NCBI GenBank assembly: GCA_002104945.1
Contig: MCFH01000002.1
Coordinates: 1,302,001 to 1,366,000, forward strand
Source: Piromyces finnis finn
Lineage: Eukaryota > Fungi > Neocallimastigomycota
Length of the DNA stretch: 64,000 nucleotides
Direction of reading: 5' to 3'
Below, in pieces: positions 40,016-58,167 of this stretch. The stretch's first letter is position 1; each line of letters starts with the position of its first letter. Position numbers and translations under genes: made by a program. The notes below the pieces were generated by a model. It did no database searches and was not told the DNA's origin. It saw only the letters and a list, made by a program, of their open reading frames with translations.

Positions 40016-40306
40016 GAATAATTATTGTTAGTAGATTATTAAAAACTAATTAAAAATAATTTTAAATTGACTGAATATGCCAATAATAAATAAATAAATA
40101 TAATAGATATTATATTAGCGATTAAAATCAATGAAGAAACATAGAAAAAAAAAATTAAAAATAACTATCAGATAACAAATTTTATATTTTTATTTTTTTT
40201 ATATATTAGTTTTTTATATATATGTATAATTTATTTATTATACATCAAAATATTAATAATTCATATTATATAATTCATATTTTAATTGTAAAATCTTATT
40301 TTAATG

Positions 40307-40344
<38 letters not shown>

Positions 40345-40642
40345 TAAATAAATTAATAAATACCATTTTTAAAAATTATTTACTTTAATTTACATTATAA
40401 AAATTGTATTTTGTTTTAATTTTTTTTTTTTTATTTTATTTTTATTTTTTTTTTTTTTTTAATTACATTGTTTTGAAATTAAACTATTTTATTTTTTAAT
40501 ACTCATTTATTTATTTTTAATACAATTCTCACTACAAAAAAAAAAAAAAATACATTTATATATATATATATTTTCATTTTTATTAATATTTAATTTTTAA
40601 CTTTTATATATTGTACTTATTTTATATTATTTTATTTAATCT

Positions 40643-44643
<4,001 letters not shown>

Positions 44644-46099
44644 TCTTTTTTTTTTTTTTTTTTTTTTTTCGAGAACTGTGTTATATATATACTATATATA
44701 TTTTTATTTATTTTTATTCGTTTCCAATACAATATATAATTATAATCTCTAAAATTATAATGTAATTAATAAGTAGAATTATATATATTACATAAAAATA
44801 ATATAAAAATAATATATTATTAACTGTTTTATACCTGATAACCAGAACAGAGAAAAAAGTTTATTTAAAAATTAACGAAAGGGAAAATAACTTATATATA
44901 TATAAAAAAACAAATATAAATTATAATATTCTGAAATTAAATTAAATAGCATATAAAACTTTATTTAAAAATAAATATATTAATAATAGATTAATAAGAA
45001 AATCAATTTAAATTAATGTTTAGTCATAAATAATATACTTATATTTAATATTAATCATATATTAAATATTATGATAATAATCTTTCAAAAAATATATATA
45101 TGAAAATCAATTGAAAAAATATGAGAATTAAAATAAAGTAAAATGAGAAAAAAAAACTAAAAAAAAAAAATAAAAATAAATTTTATACATCCTCTTGCTT
45201 ATATATATGAATTTTATTACATAAGGCTTTCAATAATTCTTTATAAATAAAAAATTTATAAATAAAGGAAAATGTATTGTTTATAATATTTACTCATTAT
45301 AATAAACTATTACTCATAATTTTAATCATAAATTAGTTTGTGGATTATTTAATAAATGAAATGACGGTATATAAAAATTTAATTAATTATTTTTATTTAA
45401 ATATATTAGTATATCTAAAAATTTAATAAAAAATTGAGTTATATTTTGGATTGTGTAACAATAAATACATATTAATAAACTTTATTTATTATATTTTATT
45501 TACATTGATATATTTTTACAATAAATAAAATTGCTTCTCAAATATTCATATGTAAATTTTAATATAAATTTTATTGAAAGAACTTTAATAAACTAAAAAA
45601 AAAAGATGAACAAACTTTAATCAATAATTTTAATGGATATTAACAAATTTTAATCAATATTAATAAAATAATATTCCAAAACTTTTCATATTTCATATTT
45701 CCTATTTATTCAAAATATTATATTAAATTAGTACTGAACATATAATTTATATATATATATTTATTTATTATATTTTAATATATAGTTTATCCTTATTTTA
45801 AAGGTAAATGCGTAAGTCTATTTTAACATTTTCAGAATAAATAAAAAAAAAAACTATTATTTTTTATTATTCAAATAACTAATTTAATTAATAATCATTT
45901 ACTTTATAAAACAATTGTTTTTAATAAAAAATATTTTATTGTTTTAATTTTATAAAAATATAAACTAATGTATTTATATATATTATTTTTATTTAAATAA
46001 TACTTAATAAAAATTTCTTAAAAAAAAAAGTATTTGTTTTCTTAATTTATATTACTTTATATTACTTAGTTTTGTTGAATTATTGTTTTAATTGAATAA

Positions 46100-48527
46100 T
46101 TAATTTAACATTTGCTTTTGTTTTAATTGAAGAATTAACTTTGAATTCAGGTTTCTAAACATAAGTAAAAGTACTTCTTCCTTTGCCTAAGTTTTTATAA
46201 TATTAATTTTATGTAAATAATAATAATAATAATAAATATATAATTCATAATAATTAATATTTTAAATTAAGTATAAAAATAAATACCTCATCAAAAATTC
46301 CAATTTTTGGATTTTTTATATTTTCCTCAATTGCATTTCTGACATTACAATTTATATTTACTGCAGCTGTGGAATTTACATCAATAAATGTATAATAAAA
46401 ATTTTGATAGTAATTATATAATTTTAAAGGTACAGGGGTATCAGCAGAAATTTCAGACGATGATGTATTATCATTAAAATTTTCTGTGCTATTGGTTTTT
46501 GCTTCAATATCAATATTAAATTGTTTTATACTACGTCTACGTTGATGTTGATATAGATTATAATTGTAGCCGTTATTATCAAAACTATCTTGACTATTAT
46601 TATCAATATAGATGTAGCTATTATTAATAGAAGATGTTGGAGAACAATTATAGGAATTACAAGGGCTTGATTCCGAAATTTGGATATTTGCTAATAAATT
46701 ACTTGTACTTCCATTACTGCTACTACTATAATAATTATACTCATTACTACTATTATAAAAATTATTATTTGTATTCATCTCTCTTGTTTTTTTATTGGAT
46801 TTTTGATTGTAATATTTATGACTATTATTTTTTTCATATTCATATATTACATTAGAAACTTCTTGATTAGAAAGTTGATCATGATTAATCATTTTATTTA
46901 TTAGATTTGATTTACTTGATTTTCCATTTAATTCTTTATTAAGTTTATTCAAACCAGTATAAAGCATCTTTTTAATTGCATTACTTTTAGGATGTTTAGC
47001 TATTTTCATTAAATCACGATAAGATTCCCAAAAAAGTACATTCTCAACTGAAAATTCACTAATAGCAACTTCTTTTAATTCCTCAATAATAATTGGATCA
47101 TTTATTAATTTATAAAAATATTCCATGGACATCTATTGTAAGATAATACAATATTTTTAATATCTAATAGTATAATATATATTATTAAATCTTATTTTAT
47201 TTTATTACCTCCTCTTCTTTAATATTTTTGTATTTTTTTTTGTCAATCAACATCTCATATAAAGGAATAATCGTCATAATAATAAATACCAGAAATTCCT
47301 GAAGAACAAAAAAGAATACACCATCATTTGTATAATAATGAATTATTTCATTCTTTTTATACTTTGGTACATATTCAGTAACAATATATAAAGGAAGTAC
47401 TATATAAATTAAAATTGGCATTTAATATCATATGCAATATCAAAAATTTTAAATATATTGTTTTTAACTTACTAATCCACCATATAAGTGAAGTAATAAG
47501 ATATTCCACTTCTGATGTAATTCTATTGTATTCATGAACTCTATGTAGTTGATACATGAAAAATGGAAATGAAATTGTAAATAAAAAAACAAAAACCATA
47601 ATTGGGACAAAAACTATTGGATTATTATCACATTTATCCTTTACTAAATAATGAATGAAAGCTGTAACCATAAAGTCAATAATTATAGGTAATATAATCA
47701 TTCTTTTCGCAATCTCCTTGTTTTAAATTTCGTATATTTAATGAAGTATTATGGTGTTTTTTTTATGGTTTGTTTGTTTATTTATTTGTTTATTTGTTCA
47801 TTTTTAGTTATTTATTTAAATTAATATATAATCAAATCATTATATTAATTATTTAATAAATATATATACCTCGTTAATCAATCTATATACAGCTTTAAAA
47901 TATGTGTTTGCTTCTGGTTCATATGTACTATGAAGAGTAATTTTCCTCTTTTTTGAATTACTTAATTTATATGTGTTCAACTATATTTAGTAATATATTA
48001 TCACTTAGTTAATAATGAAAAATAGTTAGTATAGTAAATTAGGTTAACTTACTTTCCATAAATAAATAATTCTCACTCCTCTGCTCATAATCGAAAAAAG
48101 AGATAAAACAATACATATATCAGTAATCCATAATTTTACAATACATGAAAATTTATACATTCTTGCAGCCTAAGTTAAATATATAAAACTATCAATATAA
48201 TTATTTTTAAATAAAAATAATTTGATATATATTTCAAATTACAATTATAAGGAGCACATATGCAGTTGAACTAAAGCAATAGAGTAAAGTTAATTTTACA
48301 CTTCTATATTGATATTGAGGTCTATTTTTATAATTTATATATATTGAAATCATTCCAATCATTAATATTGCTAGTATACTCCATACACAAGGTAGTATAA
48401 TATTTTCATATGTTTTATTGTAATATGGCATAGTTTCTGTAATTACAATGTTTTTCCTCCCAATTTCATTATTAAGCTTATCGTTAACATTTTGGACAAA
48501 ATCATAATTAACTTTATCTTCATTCAT
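46100..48527 (-). CDS. Multi-pass (7TM-like) protein with a C-terminal RGS domain, multi-exon
   Basis: Several hydrophobic exons (...FSCIVKLWITDICIVLSLFSIMSRGVRIIYLW...). The RGS halves ELKEVAISEFSVENVLFWESY and IYYTFIDVNSTAAVNI-like...IFDEAKEEVLLLMFRN are split by an N/S-rich insert. Confidence 0.8.
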
Positions 48528-50261
48528 TTTATTTTTATATTTTAATGTTTCTATTTTATATTATTTTTTTTTTAAGAAAAAAAAACTTTAAATGTCTAAT
48601 TTATAAATTAGGCAGAAGTTAATTTATACCCTTTTTATTATATATAATATGTAATATATATAATAATATTTTCTTTCAAAAAATATTTTTCTGAATATTT
48701 GAATTAATTACAGAACATAGTATATTTATAAACATTTAATCTTTAAATATTAAATTTCTTTATATATATTTATTTATATATTTAAATTTCAGTCTTTTTT
48801 TAAAAAAAAAAAAAAAAAAAAGATGAAATATTTCCTGTCAAAAAGATTTTAATTATATTCTTGTTTAAATTATTAAAATTGTTGTTGTTAATATATTATT
48901 TTAAATCGATGAATTTGGTAAAAAAAAAAAAATTAAATATTCTTAACACACTTCTCTAATAAATTATATTTAAGTTGAGAAGATTTTTAAAATAAAATGT
49001 AAAATAAAAAAATTGAAAAATAAAAAGTAAAAAATTAATTATATTTATCATGTAAAAAGAAATTAAAGATTTTTTTTTTTACTATTATATTAATTTTAAT
49101 ATAATTATTATTCTACCTTAACAATATTAATATAATATTTAAAATTTTATGCTATATTATATTGAAAAATAGATTAAAAATTAATTATTAATATAATAGA
49201 AATAATCCAATTTATTTACTTAAAACTATAAATAATATAAATTTTTTTATAAAATATATAATTTTTTTTTTTAATTATCAAAATATATTTATAATTTATA
49301 TATAATTCATATAATCAATTAAAATTATAAAAATACATTTAAATTTAAACCACAATATAACTTTATTATATAAAAATAAATTAATATTACACAATTTATC
49401 AATTTAAAAAAAAAACAATAGTTATTTAATTATTTTTAGATAATAATTAATAAAAATTTAAATTCTATTGGTTATTTAATAAATTCCTTTGATTTATAAT
49501 ATTAGTTTATATTATTATCAATTTATATAATTTTAAAAAACTTTTTATTAAAACAAAATTCCTTTTTAGATATCACATGGAAAACCTTATTTATATATAA
49601 AAATAACAGTATTCCATAAAAAAAAAAAAATTGATTTTTAACCCAATAATTTCATAATTGATTCTACAAGAAACGTTACACTAAATTGAAAATCTATCAA
49701 AAAATCAAATATTTGAATTTATTTAATAAATTTATAAAGAATATTGTTCAATAGGAATTTTTTTTGAATGATTTAATATATTTATTAAATTTTCGATTTT
49801 TTAATTTTATTATTATTTTTATTATTAAATAATACAGTATCTTTTATAATTAAATAAAAATTAATTATTAAAAATTTGATAATAAAAATTAAATAATGTA
49901 ATCTAAATAAAGATAAAGATTTCATTATAAATTTTTTATAGAACAAGTATATTTATATATATTTTTAATTTTTCAAAATACCAGAATCTTAAAAATTTAA
50001 TATTTATAAACTAAACTAGCATGAAAATTATTAATTTTTAGCAGGTTTTAGCAGTCATTTTTTATAATTAAATTTTCCTATTAGAATCACTTACTTTTTA
50101 CTAATTTATTAGAGTTAATAATAATTTAAGATTTTTTCGCTTGGGCCGATTTTTTAATTTTTTGGCCCTCTCAAAATCTAGGATATATATTTTAATTTGA
50201 ATATTAAAATTTATGTTTAATTTTCTATATTATATTTTTTCAAATTTCTAATTTTTATTTT

Positions 50262-50471
<210 letters not shown>

Positions 50472-50621
50472 TATTAATTGATTGATCAAATAATATATTA
50501 ATTTAATGTGTTAATTACATTATTGTATACGTTACAACTATATGTAATAATTTATATTTACTTTATTTTTAATAAGATGAAAATCGTTATGTTATTTTAA
50601 TAAATGATTATAAATTTTTAA

Positions 50622-53372
50622 ATGGATAAAATCACTTTCCTTTCAACTAAAGAAATAATTGAATTAAATAAATATGGACCATTAGAAAAAGATTTAAAGT
50701 TAATTGTTGATAATTCATTAGATTATATTAAATGGGTATTAGGTTTTAACAATGATATAATAAATAATCCAAAAGAAATTGAATTTAGAACACAATTAAA
50801 ATGGACTTTCCTAAGATGTAATTTTTATTAAATGTTATTATTATTAAAAATGAAATAGTAATAAAAAAAATAATAGTAATGATAATGATAATAATGTTAT
50901 TTTATATTGATTTTAATTATTTAATTAATCATTATAATTTTTTTTTAATTATATTAATAATTTTTACAATATAATAAATATTTATATTTTAGCTATTCCT
51001 TTCTTTAAAATCCCATTCAAACAACAAAAATCATTAACTGAAACTGAAAATGAAATTATAAATTTTGCTATTTTCTGTAATGATATATTTAATTCTGATG
51101 TCCCTTCACAAAATGTATCAATAATAAGTCACAGAAATAATAGGTCCAAAAATTTAAATAATGCTATTTATTTTTTAAAAAGCAAAATAAATACAAGTAA
51201 ATGGGGTGTAAATCAAAAATTATTAAGTATTTTTTTAGAAGTCAAAACCCAGGTATTTATTTATAAGTAATACATGATATAAATAATTGTTATAAAGTTT
51301 AAAGTATAATATTGAATATTAAATATTTTTTTTCTTCTTAATTTTATTAATATTTATATATAATTTACTAAATAAACAAATAATAACAATAATAATAAAG
51401 GCATGTATTCAAGGATTGAATAATTATAACAGTAAAAAATCACTAGTTGTTCAACATTTTGGAATTATTGAACCAATATTAACAGATACTAAAAAATATG
51501 AAACGTACTATAAATTATTTCGCCAAAGAAAAAATGAAGTAATAAATATAATTTTTTATATATTTTATGTTTAAACGAAATTTAAATTTTAAAATAAATT
51601 GATCTTTAATAAATTATTACTAACTATAAAATAATTTATAATTTAAAGATTCAAAATTTAAAAAAAATGGAACTTATAAAGAAATATTCTTGGAGCAAGT
51701 AATTTTTATTATTTTTTGAAATTAATTATAAAATAAAATTCTTTCAATTAATTTTTATTAATATACATATCTAATAGATTTATCTCAGATATGAGAAAGT
51801 TCCTCAAAGACATAATTTTAAATTATAATTATTTAGTAAATTTCATATTTTATTTTATTTTATTTTAAATTATGAACACCTTTTAATAATATAAATAAAT
51901 TTGATATAAATTTTATCATTTAGAAACCAGAACTTGAAAGTAATTATAAAAGTTTTGAAATAAATCAAAACAATAACAACTATGTTAAACCAATTGAAAA
52001 TAATGGCAGTAGTAGTAGTAGTAGTAGTAGTAGTAATAATAATAATAATAATAATAATAAATTAAATCAATGTAAAAAAGAAAATTTAAAAAAAAATAAT
52101 GATACAAGAAAATTCAATGAGAATAAGCAAACTTCAAAGGTTAAAAAAGAAAAGATATTATCAAAAGAAGATGAAGAAATATATCGACAATTACAAAGAA
52201 GCATGATGCTTCGTAAATCTATGAAAATTGAAGAGGATATAGAAAGCAGTGAAAACGATGATAATAGTATAAATAGTATAAATAGTATGGATACTAAACT
52301 TTTTGGTTCAAGTAAAAATATATTTAAATCTGAAAGTAAAATGGAATCAGATCAAAACGACAATAATCATTATAGTTCAGAATTAGAAGAATCGGATAAT
52401 GAAAATAATAATAATAATCGTACAGTAGTAGAAAAACAAATTAACACCAAAAAAAACAATAATACAGATAATTCAAATAAGAATTTATCCGACAATGACA
52501 CTAATAATAATGAAAGTAATGATAATAGTGATACTACTGAAAATGATAATAATGAAAGTGATAGTGATAGTGATTATAGTAATGATAATATCGAAAGTAA
52601 CAGTAATAATACTGAATTAAATATACAAAATATTCACCAAGAAGAACTTAGTGATAATATGGATATTGATGAGGAAAGCTCGTGGATTAAAAAAGAAAAG
52701 AAGTATAACATTGAAAATAATATTTCAATATTAAAAGATGATAATGCAATACATGATTATTTGAGCATGAATACAGAAATAACTGGATTAAATAATAATA
52801 GTATGATGGATAAAGGTAAAAAAAAATTAATAAATAAAAAATAAAAATTTCTATTTTTAAATAATAAAATTAATTTTATTTTATTTTTAATTTTTTAAAT
52901 AAAATATATTTGAAAAATAAAATAAACTTTATAATACAACAATAAAAAAAATGATTTAGATAAAAATGACACTGAGAATAATGATAATAACGAAAATCTA
53001 ATTAATGATTTAACCAGTAATTATATTTTAAATAAGCCAGAATTAATAGAGTAAAAATGATAACTATCATTTATATAAAATAACTTTATAATCATATATA
53101 CCTTATTAATATTTCATTATTTCTATAATATATATTATTAAAAAAATTAAAATGTAAAAAATGTAGTCCAAGGTATATGTTTCAATTAGTTGAGTCTTTT
53201 AAACAATCAGAAAATGATTCAAATGATCAAATAAATAAAGATGAAAGTAAAAATGAAAATAATCAACCTATAGCAAAAAGTAATGCATAATTATTATAAT
53301 TAAAATAATTCATAGTCCTTTTTCATTATTCTTCCTTATTAACAAATAAATTTTTTATGTTTTAATATTTTC

Positions 53373-53412
<40 letters not shown>

Positions 53413-55184
53413 AAGAAGGAAATAACGATGAAGATGAAGATATAAGTAAAAAATGGTTAGAATATAAGAAAAAAAGAAGTATTATAAATAAAAAGAAATT
53501 AATAGAAAGCCCATTAAATAATAAAAATAATAAGGAGAACCTTAATAAGGAAAAGAATAAATTAAAAAGAGTAGTAATGAACAATGAATATGTAAATTCT
53601 GAAAAAGATAATACTTTAAAAAAAGGTGATAAACAAAATGAAAATTTATTAAATCCAAAAATAATTAATAAACTTGAAGCAGCAAATTTAAACCTTAATT
53701 TAAGTAGTAGTTATCTTGAAAATAGTTCATATATAAATGAAGAAACAGATGACGAAACTAGAAGCCCTAGTGATGAAGGAAGTATTTCTGATTATGGATA
53801 TAAAACTAATTCATCATCAACTGTTTCTCCTAATAAAAATCATGAATCTATATTACCCTCAAAATCACCATTATTAAAAACTCAAGTTCCACCAGATAAA
53901 TTGGTAATTGAAATTGATAATTATAATTTAATGAATATTTTAAATAAAAAAGAAAAGAATGGATCGGGAATTGAAGATAACAAAGAAAACAAAAATAACA
54001 AAAAAGAAAATGTTGCAGATTCCTCTAATAAAGTCATTAACAATTTAAGTTTAAATGATTCCAAAATTATAGATAATAATAATGAAAATGATTATAAAGA
54101 TATTTCAAATTATTCTAATGATAGTACTGAGAAAAAGTTAATTACACAAAAAAAAGACATGAATTTAAGCCATGATAATAAATTATTAAGTCAAGAAGAA
54201 TATACATGTAACATTGATAACTCCTCAAATGGTATAAACGAACAAACAAAAGAAGATAATATCCTTGATAATGAAAAATCATCAAATGATGAAGAAAATA
54301 ATATTGATGATGATAACAATACGTTTAAAACTATTCTTGATTTGATAAAAATCAATGCTATTAATAAAGAAAAAGAAAATAAGGAAGAAGATAAAAATAT
54401 GGAAGATAATAATGTAAATCAAATTAAAGATGATGAAAATGAAAATGAGGATGAGGATGACAATAAAAATTTATTTGAACTTTTGCAACAAGATACGATA
54501 ATAAATGATAAAAATGAAGAAAAAGAAGAAAACCTCCAAGTATCTGAAGAAGATTTATCAAGTGATAATGAAATAAAAGGAAATATAAAGTCAGAAAAAG
54601 ACATAATTTCTAATAGTCAAGAAAGTCAAAAAAGCTTTGATGATCTTTTCTCTGAGCAATCAGTCAAAAAAAGCAAAACAAAAAGAACATATAAAAAAAG
54701 AGGAAAAGGAAAGGGCAAAGGAAAAGGAAAAGAAAAAGAAAAGAAAGAAATTTTCGATTTAACAAATTCAGATGACGAAACCATTAGTATTAGCAGTGAA
54801 GATGAAAATGAAGCACTTAGTAGAGGTTCCAGTACTATTTTTATTGATTTAGAAGATCCCGAGAATTCTACAGATAATGTCCCTCCTTCAGAAAATATTA
54901 AAAGTGAATTAAAATCAATAAAGTATAATGTAATAAGTGATAATGACGAAGATAATAATGATAGCAGTGACCTTTCTAAAACGAAAAAGACCAATAAACG
55001 TAAAGTTGTAATGTTACCCGATCAAACTGAATATATAGATTTATCTTCTTCTAGTGATGAATCACGACCAGTTCGATTAATTGATATGAAATCTAAGAAA
55101 AGAAAATTATACTACCGAAAACCAGCAGATTCTAAAAAATTATTTAGTGTTGTCATTCCACCTAAAGAAGATAATGTTTTCTAA
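50622..55184 (+). CDS. Hypothetical multi-exon protein(s): small ordered N-terminal exons and a long acidic N/D/E/K/S-rich region with SIM-like motifs and basic NLS-like stretches
   Basis: Coding-like exons at 50622-50817, ~50993-51252 and ~51400-51537, then ORFs 52203-52844 and 53577-55184. No family recognised. It may be more than one gene. Confidence 0.45.
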
Positions 55185-56705
55185 AATAAAATGAATAGTA
55201 TTATTTAATACTAGTTTTATTCCTTTAGTTTTAGTATATAATATATATACTAAAAAGTTTTAACATAAATATCTATTTTTATTCATATTTTATTTTATAT
55301 TACTAATTATAACAAATTTATATATATTCCATTAAAAAATAAAATAAAAAAAAAAAACTAAAAAAAAATAATAATAAAATTATTTTTTTGTATATATATT
55401 AAAAAACAAAAATTGTGTTTTATTAATAAAAAAGTTTTTTTTTTTTTTTTTTTTTCAAAATATAATTGTGTTGTTAGTATTGTTATTCATAACAGCAGTT
55501 ACATCAGTATAATTTTTATTTTTTTTTTTTTTTTTAATTATTTAATTAAAAATTTAAACACTGGTAAATGGTAAATGGTAAATAAAAATAAATATAATGT
55601 ACAATAAATAATTTTAATTAAATTAGGAAAGCCACCTATTATACCTATTATACCTGAGTATAATAATTGTATTTGATAGATTATATTTTGACAACCTTAC
55701 TGTGTTTCTCAGCATTCTCATTTTTATCAATATACTTTATTTTTTTTCTGAATATTTTCATTATAAACATATTTATATTTATTATTCAATACTAATAAAT
55801 AAATATAACAAAAAAAAAAAAAAAAAATAAACAGAAACAGAAACCCATTACCAATATATTTCATTTAATAAGATTCTTTTATAGACCATAAATTAGTAAA
55901 GTTACTACACTTAAATATATATATATATTTTTTTTTTTTTATTAATTTTTTTTTTTATTAATTTTTTTTCTTTTTTTTTTCTTTTTTTTTTTTTTTGGTA
56001 TTTTTAAAGAATTTAATTATATATTTATACTCATAAAATTTAATGATGAAAGTATTTATGCATTTTGAAAAAATTAAATAAAAATGTAATTGAAAAAATG
56101 CTTTATAAGCATTAAATATTACTTTTATAATTATAATTATGGAATAAAAGCAATAAAATTGACTGATAAGCTATGAAATATATAATATATATATATTTTA
56201 TCTATTTAATTTTTAAATATCTTTTCTTTTGTTGTTGTTGTTGTTGTTATTTGTTCTTTATTTTATTATTCTTTCTTATATAGTTTTAACTTTATTTATG
56301 CTTGACTTCTTTTCCTTTTTATATTATGTATTGACTATATTTATTATTATTATTGATTGTATTGTTTTATATATTTATATTAATAACTTCATTTATATCA
56401 TATTTTCACTTTTTATATATTATTTTAAACACGACAATTTTAAATATTTACTCATTATTATCATATATATTATATATATATATTTTATTTAAATAATAAT
56501 AAATTTATTGTCGATGAAAAAAAGTAATAAATATGATATTTATTTTTTTAAAAAATATTTTTTAATTAAATCATTCAATGATTATTAAAAAATATATTTT
56601 GTCTATATTTATAATATATTCTTTTAATGGTATTTAAGATTATATTTAATTTCTTTAAAAACAAAAAATCATTTTTGATTTTAATGTATTAAAAATTTTA
56701 ATTAT

Positions 56706-58167
56706 CTACATAACAATCTTTGGTTCAGTAATATTTGATGATATACTTTTGTGTGGAAGAATAGAACCACCATTGATATAAACTTCGTCCATAACATGAA
56801 CATCATCACCTAAAACAGATACACCTTCTAAACGAGCCCATTTACCAATAGTTGAATGCCAGGCAATAATACTTTCTCTAATCCAAGAGTGGTCTCTAAT
56901 CTTTACATCTTCTAAGATTGAAGATCTAACAATTCTAACACCATCACCGATAACAACATTTGGACCAATAACTACATTTGGACCAATCTTACATCCCTCA
57001 CCAATTTTTGCTGATGGGTCTATTAATACGTTACCAACAATATATGGAGCTTTAGCTAACTTTTCTGGACTCTTCTTAGCAAGAGATGTAAGATATAAAG
57101 ACATACCAGTTAAGTAATCTTTTGGTTGACCAACATCCATCCAAAATCCTTCTAAATCTAAGCAATGTAATTGATCTTCAGCAGCCATAGCTGGGAAGAT
57201 TTCCTTTTCAATTGAGGTTGGACGTAATTCAATTCTATCAAGCATTGATGGATTGAAAATATATATACCAGCATTAATTCTATTACCAACAAATATTTGT
57301 GGCTTTTCAACAAAACGATCAATAATAGAAGAATTTGGTTTACAAACAACAACACCATATTTAGATGGTTCTTCAACCTTAGTAACCATAATAGTACCTT
57401 CAGCACCATGAGCTTTGTGGAATTTTGCTAAATAATCAAATGGGAAATCACATATAACATCACTATTTAAAACAAAGAATGGATCATCATCCTTAGCAAG
57501 AATGTCTTTAGCTAAAGCTAATGGACCAGCTATATTATTGAAAAAAAAATAAAAATATTTTAATAATTTTAATTATTACTGTTTTATTTATTTCATTTAT
57601 TAAAAACAATTTATTATTTATTACTAATTACTATTTTATTTTTTTTTTCTAAATCAAATTTTATCTATTTTTTATTTATTTATTTTTTTTTTTTCATTAA
57701 AAATAAATAAATTATATTTACCAGTGCCTAATGGTTCATTCTCAACAGAAAAAGTAATAGTAACACCAAATTCTTCTTCATATTTCTTCATAAAGTTTAC
57801 CATAACTTCTGGACGGTAATTTACAGCAAGAACAATATCTTTTACACCAGCCTATTTTATATAACAATAATAAAGTTTGATTACTACAACGATTCATATT
57901 TACCTTTTTGGAATCTCAAAATAAAATATAAACATTTACAAACCTTTGATAAAGCTTCAATTTGATGAAGAATCATTGGCTTATTGGCAAATTCAACCAA
58001 AGGTTTTGGAAGAGTAAGAGTTAATGGACGAAGACGAGTACCAAAACCTTTTATTTAATAATTTTAATATTTTTTTTAATTAATTGTTTATATAATAAAA
58101 TTCACTTATTATTATTTGTTTACTCCAAATTTTAATATTTACCACCAACAAGAATAAGAGCCTTCAT
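56706..58167 (-). CDS. PSA1: Mannose-1-phosphate guanyltransferase (GDP-mannose pyrophosphorylase), 4 exons
   Basis: MKALILVGG|[71 protein letters not shown], plus hexapeptide repeats. Confidence 0.97.
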
